A DNA stretch of 64,000 bases from Macrostomum lignano (taxonomy: Eukaryota), in the NCBI GenBank assembly GCA_002269645.1, contig NIVC01002289.1:122501-186500 (forward strand), in the 5' to 3' direction. Every line of letters begins with the position of its first letter. Within the stretch, counting starts at the first letter, position 1. The notes below the pieces were generated by a model. It saw nothing but the letters and a program-made list of their open reading frames with translations, was not told the DNA's origin and did not search any database. Below are positions 35,301 to 45,335 of this stretch, one piece after another. The position numbers and the translations under genes were made by a program.

Positions 35301-36350
35301 ACTGAGACAGACAGACACTCAGGACTGAGACAGAAACCTAACACTGAGACAGACACTCAGAACTGAGACAGACAGACACTCAGGACTGAGACAGACAGAC
35401 ATTCAGGACTGAGACAGATAGACACTCAGGACTGAGACAGACAGACACTTAGAACTGAGACAGACAGACACTCAGGACTGAGACAGACAGACATTCAGGA
35501 CTGAGACAGACAGACACTCAGGACTGAGACAGACAGACACTTAGAACTGAGACAGACAGACACTCAGGACTGAGACAGACAGACACTCAGGACTGAGACA
35601 GACAGACATTTAGAACTGAGACAGACAGACACTCAGGACTGAGACAGACAGACATTCAGGACTGAGACAGATAGACACTCAGGACTGAGACAGACAGACA
35701 TTCAGGACTGAGACAGACAGACATTCAGGACTGAGACAGATAGACACTCAGGACTGAGACAGACAGACACTCAGGACTGAGACAGACAGACATTCAGGAC
35801 TGAGACAGACAGACACTCAGAACTGAGACAGACAGACATTCAGAACTGAGACAGACAGACATTCAGAACTGAGACAGACAGACATTCAGAACTGAGACAG
35901 ACAGACATTCAGAACTGAGACAGACAGACATTCAGAACTGAGACAGACAGACATTCAGAACTGAGACAGACAGACACTCAGGACTGAGACAGACAGACAC
36001 TCAGGACTGAGACAGACACTCAGGACTGAGACAGACACTCAGGACTGAAACAGACACTCAGCTCTCACATTAGGATGCTTCCGATCGTCGGGCAGCTGCT
36101 GAGGCCGCTCCATCTCAGCTGGAGAGTTCCTGGAGGCCACCCCCATGCCGGCCGGCTCAGCCTTGCCATCTTTATTCCTACGCAGCCGCCGCAGCTGCAG
36201 CAGCAGCAGAAAGGCGGCATACTTGAGGTTGTACCAGCGGCCGGGACGGGCGTAGACACCGAACAGCGGCCGGGCGGCCGGCCGGCGGATGAGCAGCGTG
36301 AGCAGGCCCCAGGCCGCCGCCACGGCCAGCAGCAGCGATCCGAAATCCAT
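32327..36350 (-). CDS. Uncharacterised ~432-aa protein with an N-terminal membrane anchor and an RDHSYG motif (DUF7064/7065-like, CrtC/tocopherol-cyclase-like beta fold suspected); exons 36350-36069, 35148-34682, 33503-33282, 32654-32327
   Basis: Four GT-AG exons join in frame (phases 0, 2, 2): MDFGSLLLAV...GVYARPGRWYNLKY...HPN|AVDAVYFNG...IECLEPMQTWRLEFDG...FDFDTD...LE S|VHQTHYEQFG...GARDHSYGNHRVW...|LVIGFV...ERFCDFEVNGIRGWGVSEWCYR...AA*. The family label is from memory. Confidence 0.8.
32685..33130. repeat. Degenerate (GATGGT/GACGGT)n repeat
   Basis: Fills intron 3 of the 32327-36350 gene. Confidence 0.88.
33565..34490. repeat. 16-bp minisatellite (AGCTC(G/C)AAACTTCCCA)n
   Basis: About 57 copies in intron 2; the source of the SSKLPKL ORFs. 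Confidence 0.95.
35230..36060. repeat. 23-bp minisatellite (ACTGAGACAGACAGACA(C/T)TCAG(A/G))n
   Basis: About 36 copies in intron 1. Confidence 0.95.
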
Positions 36351-36836
36351 GCAGATTTATAGTGCTATTGGATATTATACAGAGCTTTAAGCTGTGCAGT
36401 TTTCCCCTACTCTGCGCTCCTTGTCCAGTTTGAGCTTTTCTGAATTGGAGTTTCGCCGTTTCGGCAATTATATATAATTGTTGACTGTAGACGTGATAGA
36501 AGGCTCAGTGCGGCAGGACAGATAAGGATAAGGCTGCTAATATCTGCACGCTGCGTACGAATACGACAGCTCAACAACTCAGCCAAACTTTTCTGGGGTT
36601 TGGCTTTCGAGCAAGCGAAATGTTTTATTAAATTGAAATTTCACTAAACCTATCGTGATAGCTGAGCAGCCAGCAGGTTAGAATTTTGGCAAACACGCTT
36701 ACAGCTTAGCGATAAAGCGTCCATTGCTTTTACTTAGCAAATCTTGCAAAACTCGCGCTTTGCAGTCACCAGCTCTTGGTGGACTTTGCCACCTGGTGGT
36801 GCGAGCTGTACATCAGCTTCCACTCCTCCACTCCGG

Positions 36837-37052
<216 letters not shown>

Positions 37053-37608
37053 GACACTAAGTCAGACAGTCCCTTGAATGAAAAGCTGAGATAGCGGCAA
37101 TACCAGTGGATGCATCCGCATGCCTCAGCACCGGCACAATTTTAAACTCAGCTGAGGCCTCCAAAGCTGAGAGTAAAATGCAATCCACCTCACCTGATGC
37201 AGTCGCTGCTAAGTGGTTTCGAAATAAATTTTTGATACATGAAGCATAACGAACCCCCTTCCCCCTCCTAGTTGCAAGCTCCTCACTGCCACGGGATTTT
37301 GGCCGTTTGGTCTCTTGCCGCTGCAGAGGAGAGAAGGCTAGAGGGGATGCTGCAAAGCCATTAACTGTGTGACAGCCAACCCTCAACCCATCTCTTCATT
37401 GTCGTCCCTCTGTCGATAAAAAATTCAACACTTTTCTTTTTTTGTTTGGAGCTTTTAAATCGCTAGATATTTTTCCGTCACGCATCCCATCTACCTACGA
37501 GCCAGCCTGGGCTGCTGTTGTGCTTGTTACCATAGCGATACAGAATTTTAAGCCCATCAAATACTCAGCATTTTCAAACGGAAAGCCAATTTTCAAATCA
37601 AGAGAAGC

Positions 37609-38616
37609 ATGGCTCTCCATCGGTTGCTGCTTGCCTTTGTTGCGTCCGTTCTGCTCTGCATCTCTACCGCTGGCGCCAACTCCGGTAATCGCTACCCGGT
37701 CATCCAGCGCACCTGCCTCAACAAGTCCTTGTCAGACTGGACCCTCCCCAGCCCGGCCTTCTCCATTCTGCAGTGCGTCTTTCTGAGTCGCCAGGCAACT
37801 CTGCCAGGCATAGCGGTGGCCCAATGGAACTCGCGAACTGCCACCTGTTTGCTGTTTCTCTTCAGCCGAGTCTGCCACCTGCTCAACCTGAGTAGCCTCG
37901 CTGGCGGGCCATCGGACGAGACCAACTCGTGCGAGCTCGTGGTGGATTCCGAGCTTGACGTGCTCACCGCCAATCGACACTTTGCCGCCGTGTGGCTCGG
38001 AGGCAGGGGCGAGCAGCTCGAGAACCTCGTGTGCAGCGATGGCGGACAGAAGAACGTGATCGAGCACACCGGAGTGACTTGGACTGACGAGGGCGCCAAG
38101 ATGGACGGCCTGACATCCAGGATGTGGGTAAGCGACACCAGCGGATTCAACTTCAGCAACAGCTTCACGTTTCTGATGGAGCTGAAGAGGCAGCCGAGAT
38201 CGACCGCGTTTATCGAGCTCACCGACTGCAGCTCTTACAATCAAGTCTGGCTCCACTTATGGGAATGGGACCCGCTCGATTCGACTCGCAAGCTCTACAT
38301 TCAAACCGGACACCGGAACTTGTTCTCCACTAACCAGGTGCTGCCAATTCGAAGTGACCAGTTCGTCCGAGTCGGCGCCACGTTCGACATTTCGATGATC
38401 ATGAACAGGACCCGACTGTTCTTTGAAGGGTCTTTCATTCCCGACAGCCAAGTGTCTCTCTACAACTTCAACCATCCCAAAATCGACAACTTCTGCATGA
38501 AGATCGGCTGGCGCGATCTAACTGGCTCCTACTCCAAAATAAACGGCACCGTGAAGATGCTGGCCGTGTCCAACTTCTACCTGACCGCCGACGTCATCAA
38601 CCGGCTGTTCAACTGA
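37609..38616 (+). CDS. Intronless secreted protein, 335 aa: signal peptide, PAN/apple-like Cys module, LamG/concanavalin-A-like domain
   Basis: Hydrophobic leader MALHRLLLAFVASVLLCISTAG; C...C...WNSRTATCLL; then MDGLTSRM...FTFLMELK...VGATFD...RLFFEG...KIGW...INGTVKMLAVSNFYLTADVINRLF, a LamG-like pattern. GC-rich codons. Confidence 0.7.
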   Translation: MALHRLLLAFVASVLLCISTAGANSGNRYPVIQRTCLNKSLSDWTLPSPAFSILQCVFLSRQATLPGIAVAQWNSRTATCLLFLFSRVCHLLNLSSLAGGPSDETNSCELVVDSELDVLTANRHFAAVWLGGRGEQLENLVCSDGGQKNVIEHTGVTWTDEGAKMDGLTSRMWVSDTSGFNFSNSFTFLMELKRQPRSTAFIELTDCSSYNQVWLHLWEWDPLDSTRKLYIQTGHRNLFSTNQVLPIRSDQFVRVGATFDISMIMNRTRLFFEGSFIPDSQVSLYNFNHPKIDNFCMKIGWRDLTGSYSKINGTVKMLAVSNFYLTADVINRLFN

Positions 38617-39697
38617 GCGCGTGAGCAGTTTTTCAGACAAGGATGTTGCGAAGTGAAATGGAGTTAGCAATTAAATTTTATCGCGTGCTATCAAATGACA
38701 ATTAATATTAAATTTTTAAGGCTGATGACGAGAGTGTGCGTTCAAAATCCGTAGATACTACGGTAACTTCTAGTGGTCCCTGGTTTTTGTTTCGATTTAG
38801 TAGTTGATCCGGGACATATATGTTTAGAACCGGGGTAGATCTCGAATTTTGAGAGAGCTATTTGTCCAGAATTCAATGACACGATAAAATGACCCCAGCT
38901 GAAGCAAAGCAGATGATCCTCAAAGAGACAGATATTTTGACCCGTCCCTGTGACCCCTGGCTGGCGTGACCCCCAGACCAAAATGGTTGTAGCAGTCAAT
39001 TGTTGTAGACCCATCCCGAGTGCCTAAGGTCCCAGGCTTTGAGTAGATATGATAGATTAGAGAATGTGAGCCGGGATTGTGTCTCTGGTCTTGTGATACG
39101 ACGTATATAGCTCCCGAGAAAGGCATGTTTCATCTCTCACGGAACAAGAATAACGATAAAAGCAATAGAAAGTAAGTTATCGCTGTTGCCTCATGTGTCT
39201 TACTTTTCCTCCTCTCTATAAAGAACCCTCTCACTCGATAGCCTGCACCGTTGATAAATAAACAAGATTGCGTTGCGTCACTTATAAATGTTTTTAAACT
39301 TTCTAAGTAAATATTTATGTCTATATTTTCTCTCTAATTCTCAACCAAAATTTGTTTATTTGACTCTCTTTTAAAAGAGCTCTTTAACAGTTTGAATACA
39401 GTAATCGCTGTGTTAGTTTAGTTGAACAGCTACTGTATTAGATACATTTAATTGATTTTTTTCTTAGTGGATTTTTATTGTACTCTTATGTCTACTATCA
39501 GTAAAGCAGAAAGCAAAAGTTGACTATAGTTTATGCTGGGTATTTTGTTGTATTTTAATGTCGGCTTTTATATTCGATATATTGTGGCGGTCTAGCCAAG
39601 CACATTTAAATATAAATACGCTGGAGAGGTCTATACATGTAGCTCACTACTTCTTTACTGCAACTGAAACTACACCTGTTATACAAAGATTTATTTA

Positions 39698-39946
39698 GCA
39701 CGCGAAGGTGTATTCAGCACGCCAGTGAAGTATGAGACAGACCAGGCCTATGGGCTACGGTCTGCGATGCTTCACGCCTGCCCCTATCTTCAGCAGGTCA
39801 AGGCTGGAGAGGGAGGTCTGCACCCGCTATTTGCCGCTGGCAGCCGCAGACCCCCCCTCACGCTGTTTCACAAGTCGACCCAGGGTACTCGTCCCCGCGT
39901 GTGTTTAAGGCAGACCCTAGGGCTGCTGGACAGACTGGGCTCCGAC
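39698..39946 (+). ncRNA. HDV-like self-cleaving ribozyme at the LINE 5' end, with a long structured J1/2 insertion
   Basis: P1 GCACGCG (39698-39704) / CGCGUGU (39896-39902) with G1-U wobble; P3 GGG/CCC closing L3 UACUCGU; P1.1 AC (39887-39888) / GU (39903-39904); P4 hairpin ~39905-39930; J4/2 CAGAC with C39931; P2 GUCGACCCA (39874-39882) / UGGGCUCCGAC (39936-39946). Confidence 0.85.
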
Positions 39947-40166
39947 GCTGGCGACCCATCCAGTGGCTTCGGCCGAATTTGGGTATGCGGGTCTGGCTTG
40001 CCAGCCTGCAGGCCGTGGTACTGCTTAACGTACCCCTAATGCCTAAGGTGTTTGACCGTGCCGATGGGCTGGAAGGCCGGGGGGTTGTCCGGTCGCTAGC
40101 GGTCCTTTTCTTTTTCTTCTTTCCTCTTTCTTTTGTGACTCAGCTCACTCCTTCCCGCTTTCAGCT

Positions 40167-41633
40167 ATGGCGTCATCCGCCTCTTTAACCCCCGCTGAAG
40201 CCGGGGCCCCGGCAACTCCGGCCGGTGACTCTGGCACCAGCGCCGCCCCACCGGGGGCAGATGGGCTTGCCGCCGGCTCGGCCGGTGACATGCCCGCACG
40301 CGCAACCGGGCCCTCCGCTGAAGCCCGACGCACCCGCAACCAACGCCGCAACGAGCGGCGACGGCGACTACGGGGTACTGCGGGCCGGCCACCGGCGGAG
40401 GGGGAACCTAGGGAGGGCGAGGCTGCTGTTGGGCCGAAAGGAACCACAGCAACCCCTGCCCCCCAGGATACAACCCCCGCTGGTGAGCCACCCAGTATAC
40501 CTGCTACAAGCGCGGCCGGGCCTTCGGGAACCGCCGCCACCAACTACGCCTCAAAGGTCAAGCTCCAACCGGCGGTCATCGTCTTCGGGGAAGAGCAGGA
40601 CCTCACGGCCGACGAGCTCGACAGTGCCTGGCGCACCATCGATGCTGCGCTCATCGACCAGCTCCTGGCGGGCCGCCCTGTGAGCGTGGTCAAGTCTGCC
40701 AAGACCGACGGCTGCATCTTCATCTGGTGCAGCTCGGAGGAGAGCAGCCGCAATCTACGCGAGCTTCTGCCAAAGCTGAACTGGCCCAAGAAGCTCGGCA
40801 AGCTCGTCTTCGCCAGCGAGGGCGAACGACAGAAGACCCAGCGCTTTCGCGTCTGGATCCCGGCCGGCAGTGCCATTAAGTCCGGAGATCAGCTTAGGCA
40901 AATATTGCTAAAGCTGCACCCCGACCTTAAGGTCAACGGGCTCCTACACCACGCCACTTCCCGCAAGGAGAAGGGGGCTACGGTGATCCTAGGGCTCTCT
41001 GATGACTGGGCTAAGCGCTTGCCGCCTAAGTCCACAATTCATATTGGTCTGACTCAGCTGACCATCCTCCGTTGCGAGGAGTGGAAAGCTGATGAAGCCA
41101 AGAATGCCAAAGCTTCCGAAACCGGAACTGGGGCCCAGGCTCCTCCGGCAAAGAAGCCGAGGCAAACGGCCGATCCTATGCCCGGTAAGGCAGTTCGCGC
41201 TGCTGAAACCGGAAATCGCAATCGCAGACCCGCCAGGAGCACCCGGAGGTCCGGCCTGATCCAGCGCGCGCTGGACCAGGCCAAGAACCTTCGTGCGCAT
41301 CGTGAGCGGGCCCGCGCTTCTCGCGCTCCACCCCAACAGCCAGAAGGCCAGACTCTAAGCGGGGAGGCTCCGACCGACTGGTTCGAGTCTGTGACTCACC
41401 AGGAGGCTGGCGCCACCCGCATCGACCTGACCGACGAGGCAGAGGGGACGGGCAGTGACAGCACCGAAGCACGCAGGGGAGGCGACGGTAACGTCCACGC
41501 TGGGCTCACGTCCGCGGAGGACTCCACAGCCACCCTAACTGCTGAGGACGCTGAAACTCCCATGGAGGTCTGCGGGTCACCCACCACTGAAAAGGAGGAG
41601 GATGACCTGCTCAACGATTCCCCAACTGCGTGA
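40167..41633 (+). CDS. LINE ORF1 (gag-like, DUF4780-like core, no CCHC knuckles seen), 488 aa
   Basis: Open ORF directly upstream of ORF2. Low-complexity basic N- and C-termini surround a folded core (GCIFIWCSSEES...FRVWIP...LKLHPDL...GATVILGL). Confidence 0.85.
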   Translation: MASSASLTPAEAGAPATPAGDSGTSAAPPGADGLAAGSAGDMPARATGPSAEARRTRNQRRNERRRRLRGTAGRPPAEGEPREGEAAVGPKGTTATPAPQDTTPAGEPPSIPATSAAGPSGTAATNYASKVKLQPAVIVFGEEQDLTADELDSAWRTIDAALIDQLLAGRPVSVVKSAKTDGCIFIWCSSEESSRNLRELLPKLNWPKKLGKLVFASEGERQKTQRFRVWIPAGSAIKSGDQLRQILLKLHPDLKVNGLLHHATSRKEKGATVILGLSDDWAKRLPPKSTIHIGLTQLTILRCEEWKADEAKNAKASETGTGAQAPPAKKPRQTADPMPGKAVRAAETGNRNRRPARSTRRSGLIQRALDQAKNLRAHRERARASRAPPQQPEGQTLSGEAPTDWFESVTHQEAGATRIDLTDEAEGTGSDSTEARRGGDGNVHAGLTSAEDSTATLTAEDAETPMEVCGSPTTEKEEDDLLNDSPTA

Positions 41634-41635
41634 TA

Positions 41636-44600
41636 ATGATCAGCAACCAGGGAATCCATTGCCTGCAGATTAATCTGCAGCACTGCGTCGCAGCCTCGGT
41701 CAACCTTATGCGTTACGCCGAGCTCGACAAGCCGGGGCTCATCCTCGTCCAGGAACCCTGGACTCTCAGAGGTAAGCCTCAAAACGCCCCTGCTGGCTAC
41801 AATTGTTTTTATACTTACCCTCGCGAGGCCAACCAGCCTCCCAGAGCTTGCATCTTTGCGAGCAAAACGCTCAGTGCGTGGCTCAGATCGGACCTGTCCA
41901 ACAGGGACATCTGCGTCATCCAATCCGAGGACCTTCTTCCTGGGAAGACCACCCTCATTGCCTCGGTTTACCTACCAGGCGATGCTGCGGTCGTCCCCAG
42001 AGCCCTCGCTACGCTGGTAGAGCTCTGCTCTGCCAAAAACTACGAGCTCATGGTTGCCGGCGACATCAACGCCCACCACACTCACTGGGGCAGCACTGGC
42101 ATTAATCAGAGAGGCGAAGACCTCCTAGCCTACGTTGCCTCTACGACCCTCGAGTTCTGCAACTCTGGGTCCACCCCTACCTTTGACAACGGACGGTGGT
42201 CGGAGGTGATCGACGCTACGCTCGCAACGCCCAGACTCTACCAGAGTATTGGGGCGTGGCGGGTGCTTCCAGTGTCCTCACTATCGGATCACAAGTTCAT
42301 CTCCTTCAACCTAATGGCCGCGCGTAGCGCAACTCGTGTTATGTGGAGACGGAACGCCAGAAATACGGATTGGGAAACCTTCGGGCTCGCCCTGAAGGAA
42401 TTCCATCGGTCTCCTGGCCAACCATCCACGATCACGTCGTGCCGAGAGGCGGATGAGTGCGCGACTGTTTTGACAGAGACGCTAACCGCCGCCTTTGAGG
42501 CGTCCTGCCCTTTAAAAGCCTATAAAGGGAAAAAATCGGCGCCGTGGTGGAATCCCGAGCTCGGCAACCTCGTCGCAGGGCTAAGAGACTCCACCGCAGA
42601 GCAACTAAAACTAAGAGCCCTGCAGACCAAACCGCCTATCATGAAGCAATTCATGAGTTTAAAAGGCAGGTTAGGAATGCAAAGGCTCAAAAATGGCGAC
42701 AATACTGTGAGGAGCTAGAGGGCTCACGCCCCACCTCCAGAGTTGTGAAAGCGCTCACGCTGACAAAATGTCTAAGCTCTCCTCGGTCAAACGCACCGAC
42801 GGTACGTCCACGGACAACCCAGGGGAAACGCTTGATGTAATGCTCACTGCGTTTTTCCCTAACGAGCCAGCTAACCAGACCACTCCGGATCACTCGGAGG
42901 GAGGTCACGCGCTGGCTGCATCTATCATCACGGAGGACCGCATTGTGAGAGCGGCAAATTCCTTCAAGCCTTTCAAAGCCCCAGGACCCGACGGCATTGT
43001 ACCGGCCCTTCTAAGAGAGGCGGTTAAATGCCCAGGCTTCCTGCGCAAACTTTGCAGCCTTCTTCGGGCATGCATCACGCTTGGTTATGTCCCACAGGCT
43101 GGACCGAGGCAAAGGTGATTTTCATCCCTAAGCCAGGCCGCCCGGACTACCATTCTATCAAATCCTTCAGACCGATCAGCTTGACCTCCTCCCTGGTCAA
43201 GCTGATGGAGAGACTGGTGCTTGGCGCCTTCTCTCTGTTGAGCTGAAGAACAAACCTCTCAGCGAGAACCAGCACGCTTTTCGGGCGGGTCGCTCCACTG
43301 AAAGCGCGCTGCACGTCCTGGTCGATAAACTCGAGAAGGCCGTGCTTGGTAGTGGCTTTGCTCTGGGGATCTTCCTGGACATCATTGGCGCCTTCGATAA
43401 CGTCCTCTTTGAGGCGTTCCGAAGAGCTCTTTGTGAGAGGCTAACGCACTCACATCTCACCAGATGGATCATGTACATGATCAGCCATCGCACGGCCACC
43501 GCCAGTCTGCTGGGCTACCAGAGGACGGTCCCCGTCTGCAAAGGTAGCCCGCAAGGTGGGGTGCTGTCTCCAGTTCTCTGGAATATGGTCATCGATGAGC
43601 TCCTCCGGGATGTTCGGCCTGACCCCATTCTGAAAGTTGGATATGCGGACGATGTCACCGCGGTGGCATCTGGTCCGTCCCCTGATACCCTCAGGGACCT
43701 TCTTCAGAACTTCATCTACGCTGCTGAGCAATGGGCGGACCGCTGTGGTTTAAGGCTCTCTGAGACTAAGACCGCAGCGATCATGTTCACCAGCAGGACC
43801 AAGTGGCAGATTCGGCCGCTCACGCTTTACGGAAGGGAAATCCCCTTCTGCAAGCAGACTAAATGTCTGGGTATTACCCTGGACCACAGGCTGAACTGGT
43901 CACCCCACGTTCAAACAAAAGCCAAAAAGGCCTTCGCAGTCCTCGCGCAATTGCGCAGGGCTGTCGGCACCACCTGGGGGCTCACCCCCAAGCGCCTCTG
44001 GTGGATCTACACTGCAATGGTTAGGCCCGCTATCTCGTATGGCGGCCTGATCTGGGCTAGCGCCCTGCAGATAAAGACCTGTCTAGAGGCTCTCAGGAGA
44101 GCGCAAGGGCGCGCTTGTCGCACGATCATGAGCGCCCCTCCGTCTGCTCCTTACGATGGCCTCAACGCCTTCCTCAACATTCCTCCGCTGGACATCTTTG
44201 TCCGCAGGGAAGCGGCTAAGACTGCCCGCCGTCTAGCTGACGCTGGCATTCGAATCCAGCCCCATAGGGCCATGGCTAAGCGCAAGCTTCTGCCCCACGC
44301 TGACCTCTGCCTCAAGGACTTGAGAGACAGCGGCGGGCTCCACGTCCTATCTGACGGCGAACCCCGCACTCTCAACCTCTTTCAGCGCTACAAGGTCACC
44401 ATCCCCTCTAGGGATGCTGCCAATGACCACTGGAATTTCCAGGAGGTCCATTGTTACACGGACGGATCCATCAAAGACGGTCGCGCCGGCTTTGGGGTCT
44501 GCATCATCATCAACGGCCGCGTAATTGCCACGCATGCCCAGCACACTGGTAGACTCTCCACAGTCTTCCAGAACGAAGTCCTTGCCATCAGCTCTTGCGC

Positions 44601-45335
44601 TGCAGAGCTGAACGCCAAGGTTACGAGAGGAAAGACTATTGTCATCCACTCCGACAGCCAAGCGGCCTTACAGGCCCTTTGCCACACCACAACGAACTCC
44701 CGGACAGTCGCCGACTGCGCCCGGCAGCTCAACCTCCTGGCCAGAAGCAATACTGTCAGGCTGAAGTGGATCCCAGGGCACGCAGGGTTTCCGGGGAACG
44801 AGCTGGCAGACACCCTCGCCAAGAGGGGCGGCTCTGGCTCTTTTTTCGGCCCTGCCCCCCTGGTCCCTATGCCCTTGACAGTCATCAATCGTCAGATCGA
44901 CGACTGGGCTGACTCCCTCCACAGGGACAGATGGGCGGGCACCCAAAACTGCCGGCAATCTCGTGCCGCGGTTCCTTGCCCGTCTCACAGGCTCAGAAAC
45001 ATCCTTCTGAACCAGAATCGGAAGGATATTCGAGCCCTTGTCATGACCCTTACCGGCCATGGCTACCTCGCCAGGCACTGCTTCCTCCGAGGCGACCTCG
45101 GAGCGAAATTTGCCCCTTTTGCGAGTGCGACAATGAAGATGCTCAGCACTTTGTCTGTCACTGCCCTTTCTTTAACAGAGACCGGCTACGCTACCTCGGG
45201 CCGAACCCGTCCATTGACGAGGTTTGCCAGCCCGACAGCATCCCACGGCTCATCCAGTTCCTTCGGGCGACTAGACGAGCCAGTTTCTTCCCAACGGAAG
45301 ATCACGCTGCAGGACGGACCGGCGGACCACCCTGA
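41636..45335 (+). pseudogene. LINE ORF2 (APE endonuclease, reverse transcriptase, RNase H, C-terminal CX2CX8HX4C), broken by five -1 frameshifts as assembled
   Basis: LQINLQH, LVQEPW, GDINAHH, PTF, SDH (APE); FRPISLTS, QHAFRAGRSTE, GSPQGGVLSP, YADD, KCLG (RT); YTDGS, NEVLA, SDSQAAL, WIPGH, GNELAD (RNase H); CPFCECDNEDAQHFVCHC. Shifts at ~42570, ~42762, ~43097, ~43221 and ~45100. Confidence 0.92.

Noticed and set aside
38715-38760. CTGATGA hammerhead-core matches (also near 22878, 41000, 41090, 55348 and, on the minus strand, 57513)
   Set aside because: No stem II followed by GAAA and no flanking helices could be paired by eye.
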